A stretch of 62,521 nt of DNA, the filler included, from Choristocarpus tenellus KU-1152 (lineage: Eukaryota; Protista; Phaeophyceae): assembly GCA_964200185.2 (NCBI GenBank). It is 11 parts of 11 records of this genome, joined end to end, with 100 filler letters (N's around TTAATTAATTAA, not from the genome) between each part and the next. Parts side by side here need not be neighbours in the genome. Positions count along the whole stretch, not along the records: positions 50,524 to 57,204 come from CAXNAD020007578.1; positions 57,305 to 62,521 come from CAXNAD020011470.1; 9 more parts are not named here. One strand, given 5' to 3'. The position numbers were made by a program, and so were the translations under genes. The notes beneath the pieces are model-generated. The model was given only the letters and a program-made list of their open reading frames with translations. It was not told the origin of the DNA and made no database searches. Every line of letters starts with the position of its first letter. The stretch's first letter is position 1. Below are positions 51,404 through 62,521 of the stretch, piece by piece.

Positions 51404-52815
51404 CTTTTCCTCCTCTGCCTCGCCCTCTTCTACCAGGCCCCAGAGCAGCTTTGCTACCTCTCGCAGTGAAGGCAGTCTCCATGATGGCTCTGGGGCAGGC
51501 TCAGGCGCAGGAGTCACTGATGTAGGTAGTATGAGGGATACAAGGTCGCTCGAATCAACTGCATCTTCTGCAGGTCGCATGGCCTTGGCAAGATAGCAGG
51601 ATCAGGATGCAGGTCATGTATGGGTTTGGATTGAGGCTGTAAGAATGGCTCATGATTGTAGAAATTGAATTAAAACGGGCATTTGGATTGCAGGTTGTAA
51701 AGTACATGCTGTATTTAAATGTGAAGGACTGAATGAGGTGAGAGTCTGCCACTGCTTCGCAACAGTAACTGCCCCGCCGAAGTTGGTTAGGGGGTATCAA
51801 CTCTTGCTTTAGAATTGGGGGTAGCATTGATGAGCGCTTATCGCTTGGTTTTGGCTTTCAGTGCCCATGCAATGATTTGTTCTTCCTCACACCTGTTCTT
51901 CTTCGTCTGCTTCAATCTCTGATGATAGAAGTGGTTCAACAGCAAAGATACGCCTCACCAACCCTGTCCAGAGTCCCTTGGTGGTTGATACATTCATTTT
52001 TCCACCAACCCGTTCCTGGATATCTTCCTCATTGACACATGCTGGTGCGAAGCGCTCAACAAGATGTCGTAGAGTAAACGATTTGTTGGCCGGGTGGATA
52101 CCACTGGAAGGACTCATGGTGTGTGCCTGAGGTTTCATTAAATGCAACAAGTGTCGAAGTATTTCAAAATTTCAGTGAAAGTATCTTCTTTAGGCATTTG
52201 GATGTTTCCAAAGTGCATTCTGGTATTACTCCAAGCAACCATGCTTGATACTTGAGCGTACCTACACGAAACTAAACCATGAAATGTGGATCCTACCTTA
52301 ACGGAAGAGCCCATCACAGACAACATTCCATCCAGACAATCACGGGCCTCCAGCATATTTTGTGCCGCAAGCAATCTCATGGATCTGGATGGCGGAGAGC
52401 CACCCCATAGACGTCTCAGCTCCGCAGGAAGAACGCATGGCGAAGAGAAGCATTGCTGCCTCTCTCCACCTTTTCTGTCAAGCCGAGTTTTATCCCCATT
52501 ATCATCACCTACGATCTCAAGCTCTTCATGGTCACTTTGGTTGTCTTCGCCTAGATATTTTTTTCTCTCGAAGAACGAAGATCTTCCCAAATCAAGATCT
52601 TCTTCACCAGGAGAAGGACTTCCATCTCGACCACCTTGGATAACACTAACTTCGCCTTGTCTCCCCATAGGGGACTCGCCTGAAATCCTTCGTGAGTCTA
52701 GATCTTTTTTGCTCGAGGTAGCAATTTGATTGGTATCGTTGTTTTCAAGGTCACTCCCAATTCGTTCTCCACAGGCCATGAGAGCGATAAACGCTTTTTT
52801 CACATTGCAGTGATC
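51404..52815 (-). CDS. Multi-exon hypothetical protein (exons about 52815-52252, 52126-51893, 51583-51404)
   Basis: Three long open segments with in-phase GT-AG boundaries; no recognised domain. Confidence 0.6.
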
Positions 52816-53363
52816 TGCTCCTTTTTCATGTGCAGTTTAAGGGGGTGTTATGATAGAACAAGCCCAACAGAAGTCCCTTTTCCTGAATGCGGAATTCTTC
52901 TAAGTCATTATATTTTACGAAGTAATAGGTTTGTCCAATTGTACACAGGATGTAAGGATATTTTCCAGTTACAATTCGCGCGCCCCGCGCCCCAACTTTG
53001 CATAAAGAATCAATCAATTACCCTACAGACCTCTAGTGCTGGGTACCCTAACAGACCTCTAGTACTGGAGCAACAACAGCAAGTTTTGTTTTATTTTAAA
53101 ATGACAATATCACTACCAATATATATTACAAGGCAAGGGGAACTCCCTTTCATATACCGATCCAAAAGAGATCGCAAAGAAGATTGAGGTTTGCTATGGA
53201 AGTAAACCATCTCTGTTGTGGGGACTGCTGAGGAAACGGTGCAAGTACGTAGTACATTCACGATGCTGTCATAGATCTTGTGTTTTGTTATGGTTGTCGT
53301 CAGTTCATATACATAGATACTAGTAGTACGTAGTATCTTGGACTACCTTTCGAAAATATGGTC

Positions 53364-53620
53364 GAGTGAAAGTATCTTAGAGGGTACGAGTTTTGCCCTG
53401 TTTGTCCATTTATGGCTTGGCTTCCCTCGGGGTTTTTAATGACGTTTTTCTACTCCAAAATATTTCGGAGAAGGTAAATGTATACGTTATGAAAAGGTGT
53501 GCCCGGAACAAGGTTATTGACACTTCCTAACAACCACAGTATCCAAAATTGCATCAAAATTGCAACATTGGATTTGGACCCCAAATGGACGCGGCTCTAC
53601 CCTCTTAGATACTTCGACTT
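53364..53620. mobile_element. MITE family A, complete copy
   Basis: gagtgaaagtatcttagagggtac ... taccctcttagatacttcgactt. Confidence 0.9.
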
Positions 53621-55173
53621 AAAATAAAAAGAGGGACTCAGCTCCTCCATTTGTGCAATAATTTTGAACGATGGGAATGGTATGAAGTGGTTGGTTGCGA
53701 TACCTCTGGTCAGCAAGCTGCACAATCTATCACCAAGCATGCCGTATGCTATGGTGCCTTAAGGCCACACCCACTTCTGGAAATGTTGCGTTCAGCTGGG
53801 TGGTGGTGGCGAATCAGATCTTTGTCCTGCCATTGTCTTGTGTAAATACAGAGAGGTACACCTGCCCCTTCAATTCTGAGCTTCATGGTCAAGTCTGAAA
53901 TTATTTTTCATCTCCTTAACTCCTCCAACTTGAAAACCACTGCTCCTCCTTCCCCTCCATTGTTTGAGATCAGTGTGTGTGTGTGTGTGCGTGACTGGAG
54001 GAAGATCCTGATTAGTTGGACTTCAAGATAGGGTTGTTGGGTGTGCCTGTGTTAATGGACTATTGAAAGGGCAGGAGAAAAAAGTCCGGAATGCTTAATT
54101 ATTCTCGCTTTTGGTTTGTGTTGGCTGAAGGCTGACTAGTCCAACATGATACCTTCGTTGCGTATCCCTGTTTATGGTGAACCAAAGCCCCGCCTGTCTT
54201 TGCGCCTCCTGCTTCATTATATTGGTCTTAGATGTAAATTCATGGTAGGTCGCATTTCGATCTCTGGTTGCTAGTCACTTGAGTGTCTATTGAAAATCTC
54301 TGTAAGCCTGTGTGTCATATATGTCCTCTTTCCTCTTTGCAGCATTGCCAAATGTTAGTGTACCTATGTTCCCCCTGAAGCTCATCTTGGATAACTCAAT
54401 ATACCTGACAGTAGTATTCTCCACTAATGCACCTGACTTACATTCCTGGAACAATATATATTTCAATGATGGACGGGAGTGACATGTTCCATCACCTGCC
54501 TTGTAGGAAGTCGCACAAGCAATTACTCAGGGTTTTTGGAAATAGAGAGGGACCATCAGCTAGAAAAAAGGACGATTTTAGGATTAGCTTCATGAGATCC
54601 CCTCTAGGTTCCACATATACTATGAATTCACATACCCTGAATTTGAGTGTGATGGCATCACAAGTCAAAGTCATGGGAAGTTTGAGGAATCTGTAAGGCT
54701 ATCAATAATTTTGAGCTGTACGTAACCCATACACAGCAAGGGGATGGCGGGTATACCAGTACAGGGAAGATGAAAATAGCTATTCCTTTGTGTAGTTGAG
54801 GGCTCTTTTATACTCCCAACAATAGTAATCATGTTTTTAAACGGTCTTTTTTAACTACTTGTACTCCAGACTGCTTACATTTGGCAATCAACTTGGATAT
54901 GTGGAGTACCCTTGCATAATGGCTTGAGGCATTTTGTGCACAAAAACCATGGATCCTAGCATGGGCAAAAGAGAGGGGATGCCTCAGTAATGCCCTGGAG
55001 GAGTGTAATTCTCCAACTGTAGGAGTTCTTGTCGCCAAAGTCATAATGACATCTCCATTATTCATGTGATCCGAACATCCTCTCTGAAGTAATTGCTGTT
55101 TCATAGGATTAGCATCTATTTTTCCTTGATGGCCCATTTCTATTTGCTCTGGATTACATTGGAAAATCTACAT

Positions 55174-55464
55174 GGCTCAAAGTGTCTGGGGGGGGGGTCT
55201 ACACCAGGGTGTCCATTCGGGCCCTGACCAGGAAAAGTGCACTTACAGTATTTTCTATTTGCTCTGGTTTACTTTGGAAAATTTCCATGGCTCAAGGTGT
55301 CTGGGGGGGGGGGTCTACACCAGGGTGTCCATTCGGGCCCTGACCAGGAAAAGTGCACTTACAGTATCCATCCAATGCATGCAACCAAATCACCCCAACA
55401 TGGCGTCATATAAAAAGTGGTCCCTGAATGGACAGCCCCCACCCTCCCTCAGATACTTTGAGCC
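55174..55464. mobile_element. MITE family B with TSD ACAT and a duplicated left end
   Basis: acat|ggctcaaagtgtct ... agatactttgagcc|acat; about 116-bp tandem duplication at 55136-55366. Confidence 0.88.
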
Positions 55465-56274
55465 ACATGGCGTAGGTACTGCTTACACCTGGTCGTGCTC
55501 GCCAACAGTCGATTTATCAGAGTAATCCTTATATCGGAAATTGGCACAACGAATTTGCGCAGTTGAAGGAATTCCAATTGTTCGTCCTGCCCCTGACCAT
55601 ATTGCACCTCCAGCTTCATTTCCAGTGCTTGGCCCCTGTGGGCTTTTTGCATGTATGTGATAAAGTGGGTTAGAGTTGTATTGCAATAAGGCATGGTCGC
55701 TGAACGCAAATATCACCATCAAATGTTGAATACCATACACACACTAATTCAAGAAACTTAAAGTCTCTGGAGTAAAATATTATATAGAAATATCCTTGTA
55801 GAATCAAGAACGAAATGTCTTTACTCTTTGGGATACTGCAAGTCTGTGGGCATTAATGAAGTAGACCAGATCCAGTAAGCCAAAATAGTGAGAAGGACAT
55901 GATTTTTTTTACACAACACATATGTCTCTCAAATATCGTATTAAGATGACCAGCAATCCTCTAACACAACAGGGGCAGTACTGGATGTGGATGAGGTATT
56001 ATACACTTAGGTGGGTGTAGTGGATTGGGCTTTCCAGGCTGAACAGGTGGTGTTGGGTGCAGAGGAGATGTTGTGGTGCGCTTGCCGATGTAGCCACTGG
56101 ACTGCTACTTCGGAGGTGTTGAACACTGGCAAGGTGCCTTTGCTTATTTATAAGGCATCAACGTCTGGGGAGGTGGTACAGAACATTGATTACGTTGGCA
56201 TCTAGTAGTACCATCGCTTTAGCTCTCCTCCTTATTCGGCACCACCTGCTCATAGTGCAGTTCCTTGAAGGTCT

Positions 56275-56531
56275 GAGTCAAATTATCTTAGAGGGTATAG
56301 CCGCGTCCGTTTGGGGACCAAAATCCAATGTTGAAATATTGATGTAATATTGGCTATTGTGTTTGTTAGGAAGTGTCAACACCCTTGTTCTGGACACACC
56401 TTTTCACAACGTATCCATTTTTCCTACTCTGAAACATTTCGGAGTTGGTAAATGCCATAAAAAAACGTGGGAAGCCAAGCCCTAAATAGACAAACAGGGA
56501 AAAATTCGTACCCTCTAAGATAATTTCACTC
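56275..56531. mobile_element. MITE family A, complete copy
   Basis: gagtcaaattatcttagagggta ... taccctctaagataatttcactc. Confidence 0.9.
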
Positions 56532-57304
56532 CCTTGTCCACATCCAACAGCAATGCCCAGCAAGTCCCTAGCCACTGAGGATGAGGGACAAAATGTGGGG
56601 GATACATTTATACCAAGGAGGAACTGCCAGATAGTCTCCTGAGGCATTGCATTTGCTTGTGATGTTGAAAAGGCAAAATGCTGGGCAGGAGAAAGGTGGT
56701 GCTAGCTATACACTGAGGATATATGGGTACACCAAGTGTCCAGCACCACCTCTACAGTGTCCAATATTTCCTCTTCGCTCACACTACATGCTAAACATTA
56801 TATGTTTCCTCTGTGTCCCGTAACTCTTTATGTTCAGATGTGTCTGAGGTCTTGTTCACACCTCTTTGTAGCTGCTGAAATCTTGTGCCAATGCATACTC
56901 ACGGAAGTGTCCAGTGATACTGCCAAATTGCTTAGGTTAGGGCAAGACCGACCTGACCTGGACTGCTGCAGTCGTCCTGTGTGTTCTTCCTTGGTTGCAG
57001 TCAAACATGTCTAATGTCCAAGAACCTCTTCTTGGTGTCCAATTTCTCCTTGGCATGCACAATATTAAAGTCTCACCACAACCTCCCCGTTCCTTGTGTA
57101 CAGTATGTCTCATCCATGAGTCAAAGTATCTTAGAGGGTAGAACCGCGTCCGTTTGGGGTCCAAAATCCAATGTTGCGATTTTGATGTACTTTTGGCTAT
57201 TGTGNNNNNNNNNNNNNNNNNNNNNNNNNNNNNNNNNNNNNNNNNNNNTTAATTAATTAANNNNNNNNNNNNNNNNNNNNNNNNNNNNNNNNNNNNNNNN
57301 NNNN

Positions 57305-57351
57305 GCCCCCAAGTGGGCAGTCGCCACCCCCCCCCCCAGATACTTTTAGTC
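57305..57351. mobile_element. MITE family B terminal fragment
   Basis: cagtcgccacccc...cagatacttttagtc. Confidence 0.7.
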
Positions 57352-57932
57352 CCAACTAAATTTTCCCCTCAGCAAACCTGTGATTGCCTTGATAGTAGCT
57401 ACAATGGTAAGATGCAAGGGAGGTGAATGCCTGACTCCACCCTAACTCGATCAGCATAGCACTACTGAGGTGGAGTTTCTTACAGCACCCATGTTGTAAA
57501 GCACATTATGTAGTATATGTTTGAAATAGAAGAGGAACGTTGGACTACTGTCTCCACTTCATAAATACCCCAAAGTGGTACCAAAGTAATTGGCATGTTT
57601 ATAATTTTCATGAGGGGTGGTTACTACTCTGTATACAACTACTCTTCATCGTGCTGGAGCCACAAACTAGTTGTTGTTTGGCGGATCCACAGATCTGCAG
57701 CTGCACCTAAAACCACCAACAGGAAAACTCCAATGGAGTGCATAACATGGTAGTATAAAAAAAAAAAGATAGTACATCGAGAATTGAAGGATTTCACCTT
57801 TCAGAGAAAGTCAAGGATCAGTGGTAAGTTGTTGGACAGACGTCTTTAAAAAATCGCTGTTGCCTAAAAGAGTACATGCTCTTGGTCCTTTTCCTTCCCT
57901 TCCTACACCCTTGATAACTATAATTCCCACAG

Positions 57933-60891
57933 GTCATTTGAACCACCACAGACCAGGAAGGCCTCTCCACTCCTCTGGTCGTGCGATAAAGCTAGTTGTT
58001 CTCAAGTGTTCTATCAACCTTACTGAGGAAGAGTCTACCAGGTAGAAAGTCCCTTCGCCATAGATATATGAGGAGTGTGGTGTATATTCATATATGTTGT
58101 TCAGAATATTTGATGTACTTGGCAGCAGCTAGATTTGTTACGTGGACTGAATGAGTGTTACGTCAAGGCACAAACATATTGACCTCTTCAGTATAATATG
58201 TGCACACTCTGTCATAGCTCATCAGTGTCTCAGGTGTCATTTGTTTTGAGACCATCAACCTCGTAGGGTAGGATCCTCGTGCCAAAAGAAATACCCACAT
58301 AAACACGAGGAAGTTGGTGTAGTGACTATTTTTTTTTGTAGCCTTTCTCACAATCCTCGGGTGTAGGGGTGGCGCTTTGGATCTCTTGTTAGGATAAAAA
58401 AAACATTGCGTCGAACCGATTAACCGCCAAGTTGATCGTTGACATGCGAATTTTTCCGAACAGGGTAATGATTGATGTGAAGACAAGAAAACAACATGCG
58501 AAGGGACTGAGGTACCGTCAAGAGAGGATAAGGCTGTTGGTACATGCACTAAAGGACAAGGGGGTCAATCTTGTAGTCTGCACACATGCCCTCAAGGTTG
58601 GTGTACTGAAATGAATCCTTCCGTACAGGTAAATTTGACCATTTTTGTGTAGGACTAGGAGAAGGATGGGTATCAGTTGGTCATTGCAACCCTTAGTTTC
58701 TTGTTGTGACCACTGAGACAAATCACATGGGATGTGGGGTATGCATCTCAGATTCTTTCTGCTTGACGAAATTCTCTCTGAGGCTCAAAGTATCTGGGAG
58801 TGGGGTGGCGGTTGTTCATTAGGGGTCCATTTTTCCATTTCGAATTTTTTGGGTGATTTGGTTGCACACGTCGATGGATAATGTAAGTGCACTTCTCCTG
58901 ACCATTGTCCGAATGGACACTCTGGTGTATACCCTCCCCCCCCCAGATAATTTGAGCCCTGAGCATCTTACGACTTAAAATGCATTGTATGTGCTCAAGC
59001 AAAGGGAAGGAACCAGACCTCTAGAGCAGACCACTACAAAAGCTAGTACATAGACAATTCAGTCAGGAGATACTTCCATGTCAAGGAAGCTGGAGACGGT
59101 GGTGATACAGTGTCAGGCCACTGTTGCGTGCTCAAATCTGGTCCCTCAATATCAAGAGCGCAAGTGCCATTGTAAAGAATGTCCTGCTAGTAGTGTTAGT
59201 TAACACATCATCAACGGATCACTCAGTTGACAAGATTGTGACAAAACTGTGTTCCATCATACAACAGGGTTGGCGAGCTTTTGTAAACTTGGCTGCTTGG
59301 ATCCCCTTTGCAATGACAGAGATAGCATTAGTCGCATTAACAAACCTCCCTTCCTCCTGATTTTAACGCAAACCTCAGCAAAATCTCCTCCAGAAGAAAT
59401 ATCCACAAAGAAGTTGCAACTCCTCCCCCCTACATGCAGGACCCGTTTCCCCACTTCCTGAGACAGGAGGGTATGTGGGGGATACAGCTTGTGGAAGACA
59501 AAGACGCTGACTACCTTGCCCACTGGTACGGTATCAAACCCCTCCTCCAAGCAACCCCAGAGCAGTGGGTGGGAGATGGTGCCGTCAATTGGGACTCATC
59601 TATTGGTGAGGCATCGGGTTTCCAGCAACTCGAACTAAGGACAGGGGTGAAGGCATCTCATACTTATGTGCAAGGGTTTTGTGCCAACCGCACCATTAAT
59701 ATTCCAGAAGCAGAGCAAGAAGAACAGAGTCCAGGGTGGGGTAAACTGAAGGGACTGGGATGCCAGGTTGTTCTTCGTGCCCCTAGTGAAGGTATTCTTG
59801 CAGAGTATTCTTCCTGCATTGGGCGCTGCCTGACACTTGCACACTCTTGGTTGAAATGGGACCCGATGGGCTGCCCCTACAGCACTCCGGTCAGACCTTT
59901 TCTTCCTTCCCTCCCTCAGTCGATATCCTGCGGATTTCAATGTTCAACTATGACCTGCCCAATCGTCGCGGGAGGAGCAGCAGTTGAACTATCTCTGCAG
60001 TTCTTGTTCCAGGAGCTGGCTAAGCAAAATGATAATTCCATAGCAGAGGAATCAATCCAGGGACCTATTATTCGGGGAGATTTGCCTGATCAGGGGGAGA
60101 GAAACAGGTGGAAGCAAACGGATAGATGCCTACACGCATTGTCCAGAAGGGAAAGGGGGTACACCGAAAGTTCAGCTCAAGCCCAGCGCATTTCGTCCCT
60201 TGATCCAGAGTTGGTAAATCGACAATTGCACCATCAACATCACCAGTCATCCACCAGGTCCCATCAGTTAGGCCCCAGGGTTAATGTTGGGGAAGATTCC
60301 TACTCTATTTCAAGCATCAGTGCTGACCACTTTTTCAGAAACAGCCTGGATGATGCCTTTTCAGTACTGGCAATAGCAATGGCTGCTGTGCCAGAGGCCC
60401 TGCTTGCCAACGCCCGTCTGAATGCTTCTGACACGTGTGAAAGAGTGAAATCGGACGAGGAAAGAGGCAAACACGGGGCTTCAAGGAATAGCGCAACTGA
60501 CTTGCTCCGTTTAACCCCCCTCCTTCACCACCTCCACGTAGGAGAAGGGAAAGGATCGACAGGATTAATCCTTAGACTACCAGATAATTCATTCGCTCTA
60601 GCCTCTAGAAATATAAAGGCAATGTCAGTAGAGAATAGGGCAGGAATGGGTTCGGGAGCATGGGAGCCCTTGGTCAATGTTAGGTGTGGAATAGAAGGTG
60701 GGGTAGTTCAGCCGCTTTCATTGAAGTACGCATCATTGGTGGTACTAATGGAAGCCATGGCAGCTGTACTCAGGATTGGGGGGTTGGTACGATGTAATGG
60801 GCGACTGAAACCGGTTCCTATTCGAGGTGGTGCTGGTAGTGGCGGTATTTGTGAGAGTACAGATGACGATGAATCAGAAGAGGAGCTGTGA
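57933..60891 (+). CDS. BBS10: 3' part of a chaperonin-like BBS protein, most like BBS10; exons 57933-58041, 58464-58596, 59440-60891
   Basis: Group II chaperonin motifs 'LKDKGVNLVVC', 'CQVVLRAPSEG', 'VAGGAAVEL', 'AMAAVPEALLANA', 'GVVQPLSLK..L..AVLRI', with long insertions typical of BBS6/10/12 rather than CCT. Which paralogue it is remains an inference. Confidence 0.65.
58782..58958. mobile_element. MITE family B, complete intronic copy with TSD CTGA
   Basis: ctga|ggctcaaagtatct ... agataatttgagcc|ctga. Confidence 0.92.
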
Positions 60892-62368
60892 TATATCTTT
60901 AATCTAAAATATGAAGGGAAAACGTAGTTGAAGATATCCCATTGTTGTGAGGGGGGAGAATACTAGAGACAAATGGATTGGCAATCGAATACGATGAGTG
61001 GTACAAATTTATATGTGCCCACGCAAGTATACACAGCAGAGTTGTTTACATTGCTTGAAGTTTTTTTTTTGAAAGATCCTGATATATGAGCATATTGCCA
61101 CGAGGAAGAAATAGTTCAAAGCAAAATTATTGTACAACAGTTGTAGACACATAGGCATATACACGATATTGCGTACTGTAGATTACTGGGTGCACAACAT
61201 TGAATGTGCTGCGACTCCTGAATACTAAACACTGCTGTTCTGATTGAGGCCCCTGGTGTGCTCTTGGAGGGGTTCCCACACTTTAAGATTTGTGACCCCA
61301 ACATGACTCATAAAAAAAATCCTAAGTAAGTGAGCTTATTGACCATGCATAGGTAGGCTTCATACATACACCATGCACATAGTTGACATCTACGCATGCA
61401 TACACAAATATGATAGGAGGGTCTCTGGTAGAGGTGGGATCCAATAAACAAACACCCAAGGAGTACAAGACATGAAAGGCATACTGTTCAGGGTCATGAA
61501 TTGGCATGTGGCAGAAATAAATGCACTGGCAATAATGACAGATCAGTTATTCCGCAAGACGAAAACTAGTTGGACGGGGCTAGACTTCCAAATGTCGGAG
61601 AGGTGGGTGGGGGCAAACGACTCCCCTCCTGAGCATCTAGAACGTATCAGAAACGACTAATAAATACGAAGTACACAGTAGGAACTGGACTGGCGACAAA
61701 ATTTACCAAGATGCCTCAAGCTAGAAACACGGATTTTATCACACTGGAAGTGGTGACCATTCCTTGCAGGTCATTCCTCCGCCCTCTCAACGTGTCCATC
61801 TGGTTGGGAGTGATATTTTGTTGCCTTAATATCCTGAAACGACTGAATCGAGCAATACACAGTGATAGTAGGAGTAGTTACTATGTCTAGAAGCACCTAC
61901 CTGTCCCTTTCAAGCAAACAGCAAAATATCAGAATTTCTAATTCATGCACGAGGAAGAGATTGAGAGGCCTCCATCATAAGCAACATGCCAACAAACAGG
62001 CAAGAAAATTTGAGACTCTAAACAAGTTTGAGGCACTCTCGTGCTACTACCTGTCCTACAGCCGCTTTTGTTGATGTATGCTACCCATGCTCTCGTACTT
62101 CCCATAGTAGTGCCATGCAGACTAACGCTGCATCACGCTCTCTCTCTCTCTCCTAGTGACCAATTATAATTTACAGTGTTCTCCGTAGTTTGAATATATT
62201 TTGCGCTTCTTTGCTCCTCTGACGCCATCAATCATTTCCCGGTACCGGAGTCATACAACTTGAGTACTTGTAGCACGCCCCCAAGAATCAACAGAACCTT
62301 TGGAGGGGGGGAGGGAAGAGTGCAGGAAGTAAGTCAGTCAAGTAGTACTTTGTGTGTTACTGTGCACA

Positions 62369-62521
62369 GGCTCAAAGTATCCGGGGGGGGTGGCGGCTGT
62401 CCATTGGAGGTCAATTTGTTCATGTCGCGATTTTTGGGTGATTTGGTTGATACGTTGGATGGATATTGTGAGTGCACTTTTCCTGGTTTTGACCCAAATG
62501 GACGCCCTGGTGTAGACCCCC
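62369..62521. mobile_element. MITE family B, truncated by window end
   Basis: ggctcaaagtatccggggggg...aatggacgccctggtgtagacc. Confidence 0.88.

Noticed and set aside
5099-57304. Recurring TTAATTAATTAA 12-mer as a biological repeat, and ORFs ending in 'XXXXLIN'
   Set aside because: Always sits inside N-runs; it is an artificial contig-joining linker.
1-62521. Fanzor/TnpB nuclease, endogenous giant virus, rRNA or tRNA genes
   Set aside because: No RuvC plus zinc-finger motif set, viral core gene or structural RNA signature was recognised by eye; HMM and Infernal searches would be needed to exclude them.

Overview
This is eukaryotic, intron-rich DNA, not a contiguous locus. About 11 short contigs are joined by artificial N...TTAATTAATTAA...N linkers (stops in all six frames), so nothing should be inferred across the linkers. 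Gene content suggests a flagellated, plastid-bearing stramenopile such as a brown alga or relative (inference). Genes reconstructed by hand from GT-AG exons: a partial USP9/USP24-like deubiquitinase, an RD-repeat protein, an intronless 702-aa UBZ4 plus MgsA/WRNIP1-C-terminal-like protein with no visible ATPase domain, a Lys-rich protein, a probably plastid-targeted GNAT acetyltransferase, a PDI-C/ERGIC thioredoxin protein, a BBS10-like chaperonin and several hypothetical genes. The rest is largely decayed transposons (chromoviral Ty3/Gypsy, Copia, LINE, piggyBac, Harbinger, pogo and hAT relics) plus three MITE families. Two MITE families (about 18 copies together) share terminal and subterminal motifs; one has clean, variable 4-bp TSDs and the other GAG...CTC ends, suggesting a Sola-like non-autonomous system. 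No rRNA, tRNA or CRISPR array was seen. All family assignments are motif recognition by eye, not database results.
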